Shown one piece after another: positions 28,014 to 37,399 of a stretch of 50,295 nucleotides of DNA. How positions within the stretch are numbered: the stretch's first letter is position 1; every line of letters begins with the position of its first letter. The notes under the pieces were generated by a model that was not told the origin of the DNA, searched no databases, and saw nothing but the letters and a program-made list of their open reading frames with translations. The stretch comes from Sphaerochaetaceae bacterium (GTDB taxonomy: Bacteria > Bacillota_I > Bacilli_A > RF39 > UBA660), in assembly GCA_963609095.1 (NCBI GenBank), contig CAVDHX010000083.1:1-50295 (forward strand), read 5' to 3'. Position numbers and translations under genes: made by a program.

Positions 28014-29235
28014 AGATATTAAAGCAAGAGAAATTTTAGATTCAAGAGGAAATCCTACTATTGAGGTAGATATTATTTTAGAAAATGGTATTGTTGGAAG
28101 AGCTTCAGTACCATCAGGGGCTTCAACTGGTTCAAAAGAAGCCATTGAACTTAGAGATAATGATAAAAGTAGATATATGGGTAAAGGAGTTTTAAAAGCC
28201 GTTAGTAATGTGAATGAAATATTAAAAAAGCCTTTAATTGGTATGGAAACTGGTTTACAAAGAGAAGTTGATGATATATTAATTTCACTTGATGGAACTT
28301 TCAATAAAAGCAAATACGGAGCAAATGCTATTTTGGGTATTTCATTAGGATATCTTAAAGCAAGTGCACTAGATAAGAAAACTAATATTTATAAATTATT
28401 TGGTGAAGATATATCTATGCCAAAAGCTATGATGAATATTTTAAATGGAGGTATGCATGCAGATAATGGCTTGGATTTTCAAGAATTTATGATTATTCCA
28501 ATGGCTGATACATTTAAAGAAAGATTAAGAATAGGTAGTGAGGTTTTTCATAATTTAAAAGATGTATTACATGAAAATGGATATAATACTTCTGTAGGCG
28601 ATGAAGGTGGTTTTGCCCCTAATCTAAATACAAATGAAGAAGCATTGGATATGATTATTAAAGCCATTATAAAAGCTGGATATAAACCAAGAAAAGACGT
28701 TAACATTGCTTTAGATGTTGCTTCAAGTGAATTTTATGAGGATGGTATTTATAATTTAAAAGGAGCAAATTTAAAATTAACTACAGATGAACTTATTGAT
28801 TATTATGAAGATTTGATTAATAAATATCCAATTGTTTCTATTGAAGATCCTGTTGATGAAAATGATTGGGATGGATTTAAAAAAATTACTGAAAAATTAG
28901 GAGATAAGGTTGATCTTGTTGGTGATGATCTATTTGTTACTAATATAAAATACCTTCAAAAAGGCATTGATATGCATGCTGGAAATGCCATTTTAATTAA
29001 AATGAATCAAATAGGAACAATTAGTGAAACTATTGATACAATTAATTTAGCTCATAAGAATGGTTATAAGACAATTATTTCTCACCGTAGTGGTGAAACC
29101 GAAGATTATTCAATTGCAGATTTAGCTGTTGGTTTAAATACCAAAAATATTAAAACTGGTTCACTATCTAGAACTGATAGGACATGTAAATATAATGAAT
29201 TATTAAGAATAGAAGAGGAACTATATGAAAAATAA
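28000..29235 (+). CDS. eno: enolase (phosphopyruvate hydratase)
   Basis: [73 protein letters not shown]. All metal and catalytic positions are recognisable. At 411 aa it lacks the usual ~15-aa C-terminal tail. Confidence 0.95.
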   Translation: MSKIKDIKAREILDSRGNPTIEVDIILENGIVGRASVPSGASTGSKEAIELRDNDKSRYMGKGVLKAVSNVNEILKKPLIGMETGLQREVDDILISLDGTFNKSKYGANAILGISLGYLKASALDKKTNIYKLFGEDISMPKAMMNILNGGMHADNGLDFQEFMIIPMADTFKERLRIGSEVFHNLKDVLHENGYNTSVGDEGGFAPNLNTNEEALDMIIKAIIKAGYKPRKDVNIALDVASSEFYEDGIYNLKGANLKLTTDELIDYYEDLINKYPIVSIEDPVDENDWDGFKKITEKLGDKVDLVGDDLFVTNIKYLQKGIDMHAGNAILIKMNQIGTISETIDTINLAHKNGYKTIISHRSGETEDYSIADLAVGLNTKNIKTGSLSRTDRTCKYNELLRIEEELYEK

Positions 29236-29590
29236 TGGTTTTACTTTAATTGAACTTTTAGGCGTTATTGTAATATTAAGTGCCATTTTACTTATTATTG
29301 TTCCCGATGTTACTAATAATATTAAAAAAGTTCAAAATAATTCCGATGAAAATACTAAAGAAAATATTATTTTAGCCGCACAAAATTGGGCTAGTGATAA
29401 TAAAGGTATTTTAAATAGTAAAACTACATATAGTGTTGCTTTAGAAACTTTGCAAGATGAAGGTTATTTAGAAGATGATATTAAATTACCATCAACAGGC
29501 AGTAAAATAGAAAAAGCTTGCGTTTTAATTAGTATTAAGCAAACTGAAAACAAACCTGCATATTCATATACTTATAAGGATAAATGTTAG
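29225..29590 (+). CDS. prepilin-type N-terminal cleavage/methylation domain protein (type IV pilin / ComGC-like pseudopilin)
   Basis: MKNNG|[20 protein letters not shown] class III signal with Glu at +5. Two Cys residues near the C-terminus. Start overlaps the eno 3' end by 11 nt. Confidence 0.75.
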   Translation: MKNNGFTLIELLGVIVILSAILLIIVPDVTNNIKKVQNNSDENTKENIILAAQNWASDNKGILNSKTTYSVALETLQDEGYLEDDIKLPSTGSKIEKACVLISIKQTENKPAYSYTYKDKC

Positions 29591-29600
29591 AGGTGAGATA

Positions 29601-29963
29601 ATGAAAAAAGGATTTACCTTAGTTGAATTACTAGCCGTAATTACCATATTGGGTATAATTGCACTATTAGTATCTACTTCTGTAGTAGGAACTTTGAATA
29701 AAACTAAATCTTCACTTTCTAATACCCAAATTACTACAATAGAAAAAGCTGCTGAAAAGTGGAGTATTGTAAATGCTGATAAATTACCTTTAGATTCTAG
29801 TGAATATTCGGTTGATATTAATACCTTAGCAAATGATGGATATTTAGATAGTTCGGATTTAAAAAATCCTAAAAATAATTCTAAGATATGCGGCGATGTT
29901 AAAATAAATTACGTTAGTGAAAAAAAACAATATAAATACACTTTTACTAGTAAGACATGTTAA
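29601..29963 (+). CDS. prepilin-type N-terminal cleavage/methylation domain protein
   Basis: MKKG|FTLVELLAVITILGIIALLV; Cys pair near the C-terminus; GAGGTGA RBS. Confidence 0.75.
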   Translation: MKKGFTLVELLAVITILGIIALLVSTSVVGTLNKTKSSLSNTQITTIEKAAEKWSIVNADKLPLDSSEYSVDINTLANDGYLDSSDLKNPKNNSKICGDVKINYVSEKKQYKYTFTSKTC

Positions 29964-29987
29964 AAAGCTATGAAAACCATAGCTTTT
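29963..29987. terminator. bidirectional terminator
   Basis: AAAAGCTATG-AAAAC-CATAGCTTTT (10-bp stem). It contains the end of the pilin gene and the first two bases of the transporter stop codon (29986..29988). Confidence 0.75.
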
Positions 29988-31221
29988 ATTTTATCCAATT
30001 TTTTCCATCAACAGCTCTTGATACAAGTAGAGCACAACTAGTATCACCGACAGCATTAAGCATTGTAGCTGGTGCATCTATTACCGTTGCTATCATCGTT
30101 AGAACGGGTAGAGCTGCTACCGGAAATCCCATCATTGATATTATCATCATCTCACTAATTGTACCCCCACCAATAGGAACAGCACTTATTAAAAGTGATG
30201 CAATTAAAGCTGTAAATAATGCTTGGAACATTATAGCAGGATCTGATATATTTGTTCCAAATAAACATACTAGAAACATTATTTTAAATACACTACCTAT
30301 CATCGAACCATCTTGATGAAGATTTGTTGCTAGTGAAATTGTTGTTTCACTTACATCATGTGAAATATTCATTTTTTTAGCACTATCTATATTAACTGGT
30401 ATGCATGCTGCAGAAGAACAAGTTGCTAAAGCAGTAAAGGTTGATGGTAAAATATTTTTCCACCAAATTTTAACTCCTTTTTTTCCACCAGCAATATAGG
30501 CATATAAGCTATACATAATTGTGTAATATCCAAAAGCCACTATAGCATATAGTATAAATGTTTTAAAAAATCCAACAGCTATACTTGATCCAAATTCACC
30601 TACATATGATGCAAAGTAACATCCAATTCCAATAGGTGCATAGTACATTGTTATTTTAATGAAATTAAATATAACACTATGAGCACTTTCTAATACTTTT
30701 AAAAGTGGTTCGGCTTTTTCTTTACTCATACGCATTGCAAATCCAAATATTAAAGCAAAGACAACCATTGCAACTACATTTTCTTTTGAAAGTAGTCCTG
30801 TAAAATCATCAACACTTATTAATTTAACAGTACTTTCTAAGATATTTAATTTTGCTGTAGATTCGGTTTTACTATTAAACATTTCTTTTATTGCTTGCGT
30901 TTCTCCTTTATCTACTAAATTTACATTTTTAATACTTATAAATCCTATAAGCACAGCAATAATAGATGTAATTATAAAGACAAAAACTGTCCATCCCATA
31001 ATTTTTCCAAGTCTTTTTGGATGTTTAACCTTTGCCACTGCTAATGAGATTGTTAAAAATATAAGTGGCATAATAATAACAAACATTAGATTCAAAAATA
31101 AATCCCCAAATGGTTTCACAACAGCAGCCTTTTCTTTGAATATAAGTCCAGCTGTAGCCCCTATTATCATTGATAAAATAAGTATAATCATTGTTTTATA
31201 ATTTTTCCAAAATTTTTTCAT
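29986..31221 (-). CDS. dicarboxylate/amino acid:cation symporter (DAACS/GltP family)
   Basis: A 411-aa polytopic protein with family-typical segments (MPLIFLTISLAV, SSAACIPV, GGGTISEMM..., AVGDTSCALLVS). Confidence 0.8.
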   Translation of the reverse strand: MKKFWKNYKTMIILILSMIIGATAGLIFKEKAAVVKPFGDLFLNLMFVIIMPLIFLTISLAVAKVKHPKRLGKIMGWTVFVFIITSIIAVLIGFISIKNVNLVDKGETQAIKEMFNSKTESTAKLNILESTVKLISVDDFTGLLSKENVVAMVVFALIFGFAMRMSKEKAEPLLKVLESAHSVIFNFIKITMYYAPIGIGCYFASYVGEFGSSIAVGFFKTFILYAIVAFGYYTIMYSLYAYIAGGKKGVKIWWKNILPSTFTALATCSSAACIPVNIDSAKKMNISHDVSETTISLATNLHQDGSMIGSVFKIMFLVCLFGTNISDPAIMFQALFTALIASLLISAVPIGGGTISEMMIISMMGFPVAALPVLTMIATVIDAPATMLNAVGDTSCALLVSRAVDGKNWIK

Positions 31222-31277
31222 TTTTTTCCCTCCTATAATCAGTATAGTTAATTAGATGGAAAATTGCTAATTTGTGT

Positions 31278-31304
31278 AATCCACGCAAAATTTAAAAATC
31301 CACG
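31278..31304. promoter_or_regulatory. two direct AATCCACG boxes 19 bp apart in a divergent promoter region
   Basis: Boxes at 31278..31285 and 31297..31304, read directly. They lie upstream of TGCTATAAT (plus strand) and of a minus-strand TTAGCA/TATACT pair. Confidence 0.25.
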
Positions 31305-31348
31305 TCTTTTCCGATGAATTTTATGCTATAATTAAAAAGGAGGAAGTT

Positions 31349-32890
31349 ATGAAAAAAAATTTTATTAAAATGAATAATTCTGATAATCAATTATCACTTG
31401 GAAATTTTTGTAGAATTGTTAAATCTTTAGCGCAAAATAAAGGATTCGCAAATCAAACTGAGGTATTTTATACAATATTTGGTGTTGATAATGTAAGCGA
31501 TTCTACAATTAATAATTATTGTATTGGATATAGATGCATAGGCAGTGAGTTTAGACAAATATATATTAAAAGAAAAAAGCAATTTGAAATAGATAATTCT
31601 ATATTTGATGAAACAATATTAGGCTTAATGTCTATTTTAGATGGTGAAATTTATTTAAAAACAACTCATCAATATGTTTTAGAAAAATTAAAAACACACA
31701 GTTTAGCAAACAAATTAATTTTATACATGTATAATATTGCGAAAAATGATAAATCTGTATCTGATGAATTTACTAAGAAATTATCTAAAAAAATTGATGC
31801 TGATTATAAATATGAAGCTTTATGTGATATTCTTTTATATATTGTTTTAGAAAAAAAACAACCAATTTATATTGAAACTTCACAAAAGGAGATCATTGAA
31901 GGCATTTTAAATAAAACTAATATTTCTGTTTCTGAATTAGAAAAGTTTTTAAAATTACAGATGCAAGATGGTATAAATTATACTCATTCCTTAAAAAATC
32001 TTGCAAAGGAAAATAATCCTTATGCATGCTTTGAACTGGGTGAAATGGAATATAATGGTCAGATGACTGGTGCAGCTAGATACGTTAAAGCATATGATTA
32101 TTTAAAAATAGCAGCTTCAAAAAATCATCCTAGGGCATGCTGGCTAATTGCTCAGATGTTTTATCAAAAAAAATTAGGCAATTTAACCACTGATGATAAG
32201 ATGACAGCTTTTAATTATTTAAATCAGGCTATAAGTGTTGGTAGCGTTGCCGCACTTAATTCATTAGGCATTGCTTATTTAAAAGGATTAGTGCCAAATG
32301 AAGAAGCTAGCGAAGATAAAGCTATAGAATATTTTAAAAAGGCTATGGATTCAGATTATGTGTATGCTTATAATAATTTAGGCATGATTTATGAGAAAAA
32401 AAATGATTATAAGAAAGCGTATGAATGTTATTATTTTTCAGCTTCTAAAGGAGAAAGCTGGGCTTGTAATAAGATTGGTGAGTTTTATAGATTAGGCATT
32501 TATGTTGACAAGGATTATAAAAAAGCTTATGAATATTATAAACTATCGATTGATGTTCCCATTAGTTTACTAGATCCTTGGGCATATTATAATTTAGGTA
32601 AATATTTTTATTTAACAGGTTGTCCTTATGCATCCTTAGAAAAAGATGTTGATATGGCATTAAAATGTTTTGAAAAAGCATATTCTAAAGGATTAATCAT
32701 AGCTTTAAAAGAATTAATTTATATATATATAGATAAATATGCAAAAGAAAGATTAGACATTTATTTTGATAAGATAAATAAATATCTAGAAATTTTATCA
32801 AGTGATAATTCTTATGATGATTTTAGAAATGATATTTTAGATAAATTAAAAATGTTGGAAATTAAACATTTAGCTATTGTGAAATATTGA
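31349..32890 (+). CDS. Sel1-like (SLR/TPR) repeat protein with an unrelated N-terminal ~220-aa region
   Basis: At least 5 Sel1-type units (ACFELGEMEYNG..., ACWLIAQMFY..., ALNSLGIAYLKG..., AYNNLGMIYEK..., ACNKIGEFYRLG...KAYEYYKLS). Confidence 0.7.
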   Translation: MKKNFIKMNNSDNQLSLGNFCRIVKSLAQNKGFANQTEVFYTIFGVDNVSDSTINNYCIGYRCIGSEFRQIYIKRKKQFEIDNSIFDETILGLMSILDGEIYLKTTHQYVLEKLKTHSLANKLILYMYNIAKNDKSVSDEFTKKLSKKIDADYKYEALCDILLYIVLEKKQPIYIETSQKEIIEGILNKTNISVSELEKFLKLQMQDGINYTHSLKNLAKENNPYACFELGEMEYNGQMTGAARYVKAYDYLKIAASKNHPRACWLIAQMFYQKKLGNLTTDDKMTAFNYLNQAISVGSVAALNSLGIAYLKGLVPNEEASEDKAIEYFKKAMDSDYVYAYNNLGMIYEKKNDYKKAYECYYFSASKGESWACNKIGEFYRLGIYVDKDYKKAYEYYKLSIDVPISLLDPWAYYNLGKYFYLTGCPYASLEKDVDMALKCFEKAYSKGLIIALKELIYIYIDKYAKERLDIYFDKINKYLEILSSDNSYDDFRNDILDKLKMLEIKHLAIVKY

Positions 32891-32932
32891 CTAATTTTTT
32901 AGAGTAAATTATAATTTAAACAGGTGATAAAA

Positions 32933-33298
32933 ATGAAAAAGGGTTTTACATTAATTGAACTTTTGGGCGTAATTATTATATTAGGTATTATTGCAACTAT
33001 TGCAGTACCACTCGTTCAAAGAACAATTGTTGAAAGTGATCAAACTGCTTATTTAAATCAGGTTGCTTCTTTTGAAAAGGCTGCTAAAAATTATGTTGCT
33101 TCTGATATATATAAAATGACAAGCTGTGAGACAAAAAGCTGTGAAGTTTCTTTATCACAGTTACAGAAAGGCGGTTTTCTTCCTTCTGGCGATATTAAAA
33201 ATCCTAAAACCGACTCTAATTTTAATATGGAAAATGTTGTAATTATTTCATATTCTGGTGGTAAGTTTTCATATAAATATGATACTAATCAAGATTAA
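32933..33298 (+). CDS. prepilin-type N-terminal cleavage/methylation domain protein
   Basis: MKKG|[27 protein letters not shown] 32933 follows AGGTGA; the ORF-track GTG 32924 lies inside that RBS. Confidence 0.75.
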   Translation: MKKGFTLIELLGVIIILGIIATIAVPLVQRTIVESDQTAYLNQVASFEKAAKNYVASDIYKMTSCETKSCEVSLSQLQKGGFLPSGDIKNPKTDSNFNMENVVIISYSGGKFSYKYDTNQD

Positions 33299-33307
33299 GG
33301 AGATTTT

Positions 33308-34033
33308 ATGCTTTATACATCAATAAATAATGAAAAAATTAAAAAATTATCAAAATTAAAAACAAAAAAGAAAAGAGATAAAGAAAATTTATTTTTAGTT
33401 GAAGGTTCGCATTTAGTAAAAGAAGCTTATAATTCTGGTTATTTAAAGGAATTGTTCATATTAGATGGAAACGATTTTTCTTTGCCAGTTAACATCAACT
33501 ATATATCAATGAATGTTTTGAAATATTTAAGTAATGTTGATAGCCCCAGTGGAATTATTGGCTTATGTGAAAAAAAACAAATGAAGTTAGATGATGATAG
33601 GATTTTGATTTTAGATAGTATTCAAGATCCGGGTAATTTAGGTACTATTATTAGAAGTTGTGTAGCTTTTAATATTAATAATATCGTTATAAATGATAAA
33701 TGTGTTGATCCTTTTAGTTCTAAGGTTATAAGAGCCTCACAAGGAATGATTTTCAAAGTAAATATTGTAAAAAAAGATTTAACTGAATATCTTAAAAGTA
33801 TTAAAGGTAATATTTTTATCTATGGTACAAAAGTTATTAATGGAAAGAGTTTAAAAACTATTGAAAAAAAATCTAAGTTTGCTATAATAATGGGAAATGA
33901 GGGTAATGGAGTAGACAATAAACTTTTAGATTTATGTGATGATTATATTTATATTCCTATGAATAATAAATGTGAGAGTTTAAATGTTGGCGTGGCCACT
34001 AGTATTATTTTATATGAATTTGAGGTGATTTGA
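33308..34033 (+). CDS. TrmH/SpoU-family RNA 2'-O-methyltransferase
   Basis: SpoU motifs LDSIQDPGNLGTIIRS, IIMGNEGNGV and IPM...ESLNVGVATSIILYE. Confidence 0.8.
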   Translation: MLYTSINNEKIKKLSKLKTKKKRDKENLFLVEGSHLVKEAYNSGYLKELFILDGNDFSLPVNINYISMNVLKYLSNVDSPSGIIGLCEKKQMKLDDDRILILDSIQDPGNLGTIIRSCVAFNINNIVINDKCVDPFSSKVIRASQGMIFKVNIVKKDLTEYLKSIKGNIFIYGTKVINGKSLKTIEKKSKFAIIMGNEGNGVDNKLLDLCDDYIYIPMNNKCESLNVGVATSIILYEFEVI

Positions 34034-34034
34034 T

Positions 34035-34499
34035 ATGTTAAAAATTGGTTCACTAGTTAATACTCATGGTATTAAAGGAGAAGTACGTATCAAATCATCT
34101 TTTAAATATAAAGATATTGTATTTAATAATTGCATTTATATTGATGATATTAAACTTAAAATAACATCTTATAGAGTTCATAAAAATTATGACATGGTTA
34201 CCTTTGAAGGTTATAATAATATTAATGATGTTTTAAAATTCAAAGGTAAGGATGTTTATATTGATGAAAACGATTATGTTTTTCCTGGCATTTTAAATGA
34301 AAGTTTATATGGTAAAAAGGTATATTCAAAAGGTAAGTTTATTGGCTTTTTAAAAGAAATTGTAGGTAATGGACAAGAAATTATGGTTATTCAAAATAAC
34401 AATAAAGAATATTTAATTCCATATGTTGATGAATTTGTTAAATCTATTGATAATGATATTGAAGTAAATGTTATAAAAGGACTTTTAGATGAAGATTGA
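34035..34499 (+). CDS. rimM: 16S rRNA processing protein RimM
   Basis: LKIGSLVNTHGIKGEVRIKS N-terminus, a PRC-barrel-like C-terminal half, and position upstream of trmD. Confidence 0.85.
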   Translation: MLKIGSLVNTHGIKGEVRIKSSFKYKDIVFNNCIYIDDIKLKITSYRVHKNYDMVTFEGYNNINDVLKFKGKDVYIDENDYVFPGILNESLYGKKVYSKGKFIGFLKEIVGNGQEIMVIQNNNKEYLIPYVDEFVKSIDNDIEVNVIKGLLDED

Positions 34500-35169
34500 T
34501 ATTTTAACTATTTTTCCAGAAATGTTTGATGGATTTTTAAATACTTCAATTATTAAAAGGGCTTTAGATAGAAAACTTGTTAATATTCAAATTCATGATA
34601 TTAGAAACTATAGTAAAGATTTACATAAGAGGGTAGATGATTATGGATATGGCGGTGGCAAAGGAATGGTCTTAATGCCACAGCCTATATTTTCTGCAGT
34701 TGAAGATTTAAAAGATGATAACTCAAAAGTTATTTTGATGACCCCACAAGGAACACCTTACAAGCAAAAAATTGCTTATGATTTATCCAAAGAAAAACAT
34801 TTAATTTTAATTTGTGGACATTATGAAGGGTTCGATGAAAGAATTAGAACTCTTGCAGATATGGAAATTAGTATTGGTGATTATGTTTTAACTGGTGGCG
34901 AACTTGCTAGTATGGTTATTACTGATAGTGTTACAAGATTAATTGATGGTGTTATTGAAAAAGAATCCCATATAAATGATTCTTTTAATAATAATTTGCT
35001 TGATTATCCTGTTTATACCAAACCTGTTTGTTTTAATGGCATGAAAGTTCCAGATGTTTTGCTTTCTGGGCATCATGCTAATATTGAAAAATATAGAAAA
35101 GAGCAGGCTATTAAAAGAACTATAGAAAGAAGACCCGATTTATTGGAAAATGGTGATAAACATGAATGA
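34489..35169 (+). CDS. trmD: tRNA (guanine37-N1)-methyltransferase TrmD
   Basis: IDILTIFPEMF, DDYGYGGGKGMVL, ICGHYEGFDERI, SIGDYVLTGGEL. Confidence 0.95.
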   Translation: MKIDILTIFPEMFDGFLNTSIIKRALDRKLVNIQIHDIRNYSKDLHKRVDDYGYGGGKGMVLMPQPIFSAVEDLKDDNSKVILMTPQGTPYKQKIAYDLSKEKHLILICGHYEGFDERIRTLADMEISIGDYVLTGGELASMVITDSVTRLIDGVIEKESHINDSFNNNLLDYPVYTKPVCFNGMKVPDVLLSGHHANIEKYRKEQAIKRTIERRPDLLENGDKHE

Positions 35170-35605
35170 AAGATATTATATATGCAATAAGGATAATAAT
35201 GAAATAATATATGGTTATATTGATTATAGTCGTCTTCATGGCTTTAAAATAAAACCACAAAACAATGTTCCATATGAAGGAATTGAAGTAAGTAAACTTG
35301 AATTAATTGAACCAGAATTAATTAAGAAAGTTTTAAAAAGAAAAATAAAACATAAATTGGATATGTATTTAAACTTCTTATTTTCTATTTTAGATGATGA
35401 TAATGACGATCCTGAAGAATTATCTTTAGTAATTGACGATTTAGTTAAATATAAAAAAATTATTATGAATAAATATTCTAAATTTTTAGATAAAAGTTAT
35501 ATAAATACTTTACTTAAAAAAGTTGGTATGGTTGAAAAAGAATTAAAATTAAAATTAGAAGAATTAAAGAAAAAGGAAATTAAAAATCATCGAAGATTAA
35601 GATAA
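35162..35605 (+). CDS. hypothetical protein (acidic centre, Lys-rich coiled-coil tail)
   Basis: ORF overlapping the trmD stop. ATG 35162 follows GGTGA; the alternative start is 35150. No motif recognised. Confidence 0.45.
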   Translation: MNERYYICNKDNNEIIYGYIDYSRLHGFKIKPQNNVPYEGIEVSKLELIEPELIKKVLKRKIKHKLDMYLNFLFSILDDDNDDPEELSLVIDDLVKYKKIIMNKYSKFLDKSYINTLLKKVGMVEKELKLKLEELKKKEIKNHRRLR

Positions 35606-35610
35606 AATAA

Positions 35611-35632
35611 AAAACTGATAAATGTCAGTTTT
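35611..35632. terminator. bidirectional terminator
   Basis: AAAACTGA-TAAATG-TCAGTTTT (8-bp stem). The rnhC stop (35625..35627) lies in the stem. Confidence 0.65.
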
Positions 35633-36587
35633 TATTTATTAAATTTTTAATTTTTTCTGTATTTTTAAAACTTATTTTTGCTATTTCATTTAAAACATTC
35701 AAACCATATTTTCTTGCAATTTGTGCACCAATTTCATCAACTTTTTCACCCGCACCTTTTGGTAAAATAATATCATATTTTTTAGATATTTTATCAAATT
35801 CCTTTAAAAAAATATATCTGCTTATTATAGCAGAGCAGGCAACAGATAAACATTGATCTTCTGCTTTAGTTATAAAAGTTATATTTTTTTGAACCTTTGG
35901 AATGTTTTTTAAATAATTATAATAAACATATTTTTCTGCGAATTGATCTACAACAATATAATCATAATCTTGATATTTTTCACTCATTTGTAATAAAACT
36001 TTATTATGAAGTATAGCCTTCATTGCATTCATATTTAAAATATCGTGTTTTTCATTATATACCTTATTACTTATTGTCATAGTATAATAAGGTATTTTTT
36101 TTATAATTTGAGGTGTTATTTTTAAAATTTGTTCATCGGTTAACTTTTTAGAGTCCTTAACATTTAAACTTTCTAAAAATGGAATATCTTCTTTTTTTAC
36201 ATAAGATGCAGTTACAACAATAGGACCAAAATAATCACCCGTACCAACTTCATCAGAGCCTATTGTATTTTTAAAATATACATTTGTTTTGGTTATTTCT
36301 TTTTTCTTAGTTTCGGCATTTTTAATTTCTATTTTTTTATTAGGATTTAAATGTCTTTCAGTTTCTGACCAAATATTTGCATCTATATCCGCACTTATTC
36401 CTTGAAATAAGACTTTTCCTGATTGATATAGTGTGACAGTAGTATCAGCTTCTTTTGCTTGAAAAATAGCATATGGAGGTGTTTTTTCTCTTTTTTTGTC
36501 TTCAAAATATTCTTCCATTTTTTTCATTGTGTTTTCACTTACTTTTAATGTAATTGTTTTTACCTTGTTCACTTTTATCACCTGCAT
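35625..36587 (-). CDS. rnhC: ribonuclease HIII
   Basis: N-terminal TBP-like domain (ATVTLYQSGKVLFQG type) and an RNase H fold starting IGSDEVGTGDYFGPIVV. An alternative GTG start at 36572 sits behind AGGTGA. Confidence 0.85.
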   Translation of the reverse strand: MQVIKVNKVKTITLKVSENTMKKMEEYFEDKKREKTPPYAIFQAKEADTTVTLYQSGKVLFQGISADIDANIWSETERHLNPNKKIEIKNAETKKKEITKTNVYFKNTIGSDEVGTGDYFGPIVVTASYVKKEDIPFLESLNVKDSKKLTDEQILKITPQIIKKIPYYTMTISNKVYNEKHDILNMNAMKAILHNKVLLQMSEKYQDYDYIVVDQFAEKYVYYNYLKNIPKVQKNITFITKAEDQCLSVACSAIISRYIFLKEFDKISKKYDIILPKGAGEKVDEIGAQIARKYGLNVLNEIAKISFKNTEKIKNLINKN

Positions 36588-36673
36588 TCATTTTAACATA
36601 TTTTGTTTTTTCAATAAAGGCTTTTCTTTTTTTAAATGGTGTAATATAATTAATATTAAGAAGGGGAGATTAT

Positions 36674-37384
36674 ATGAATATTATTGATTTATTTATTATT
36701 TTATTTCTTGTTTTAGGTGCTTTTATTGGTTTTAAACAAGGATTTACTAAGAGTGTTGTTAATTTTTTAGGTATAATTATAGTTATTATATTTTCTTATT
36801 TGTTAAAAAATCCAGTAAGTGAGATTTTAATGAGCTTTGGTCCATTTTTTAATTTTGGGGGCATTATAAAAGGAATAACCGTTTTAAATATTGCTTTATA
36901 CGAAGTAGTTGCTTTCGCTTTAGTATTTAGTATTTTAACTATCGTACTTAAAATTGTATTACTATCAACTGGTATATTAGAAACCATTTTAAAATTTACT
37001 GTTATTTTAGGTATTCCATCTAAAATATTAGGAGCCCTTGTTGGTATGCTTAGGCATTATGTTATTATATTTTTTACTTTATATTTACTTTCAATGCCAA
37101 ACTTTGTAGACGTTAGTTTTATTAATAATTCTAATTTTAAAGAACCAATTCTTAAAAATACGCCAATTTTATCAAATGTTGCTTCTTCTTCTTTAAAAGT
37201 ATTAGATGAATTTAAAGGAATTAGTGATAAATATACTGAAACAGAAAGTAATAATGAATTTAACTTAGAAACTTTAGATTTATTCTTAAAGTATAAAGTA
37301 GTTACTAAAAAAGAAGTTATATATTTGGAAAAAAGTGGTAAAATAAAAATTAATGGAATAGAAAAAGTTTTAAATAAATATTAG
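36674..37384 (+). CDS. cvpA: CvpA-family membrane protein
   Basis: NIIDLFIILFLVLGAFIGFKQGFTKSV N-terminus, 4 TM segments, divergent from rnhC as in Bacillus (rnhC / yshB region). Confidence 0.75.
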   Translation: MNIIDLFIILFLVLGAFIGFKQGFTKSVVNFLGIIIVIIFSYLLKNPVSEILMSFGPFFNFGGIIKGITVLNIALYEVVAFALVFSILTIVLKIVLLSTGILETILKFTVILGIPSKILGALVGMLRHYVIIFFTLYLLSMPNFVDVSFINNSNFKEPILKNTPILSNVASSSLKVLDEFKGISDKYTETESNNEFNLETLDLFLKYKVVTKKEVIYLEKSGKIKINGIEKVLNKY

Positions 37385-37399
37385 AAGGGATTATGGTTT

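Noticed and set aside
27984-28313. 109-aa minus-strand ORF
   Set aside because: Antisense to the enolase N-terminus; no RBS and no motif.
29957-30316. 119-aa plus-strand ORF
   Set aside because: It is entirely antisense to the well-supported DAACS transporter gene and starts inside the bidirectional terminator. Its low-complexity Ile/Ala composition mirrors the TM-segment codons on the opposite strand.
29225-33298. Complete competence (comG) or type IV pilus locus
   Set aside because: Only pilin-type subunits are present. No ATPase, platform protein or prepilin peptidase gene is in the window, so no assembly system can be claimed.
36496-36987. ORFs 36496..36687 (+) and 36796..36987 (-)
   Set aside because: The first overlaps the rnhC 5' end and promoter region in antisense. 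The second is antisense to cvpA.
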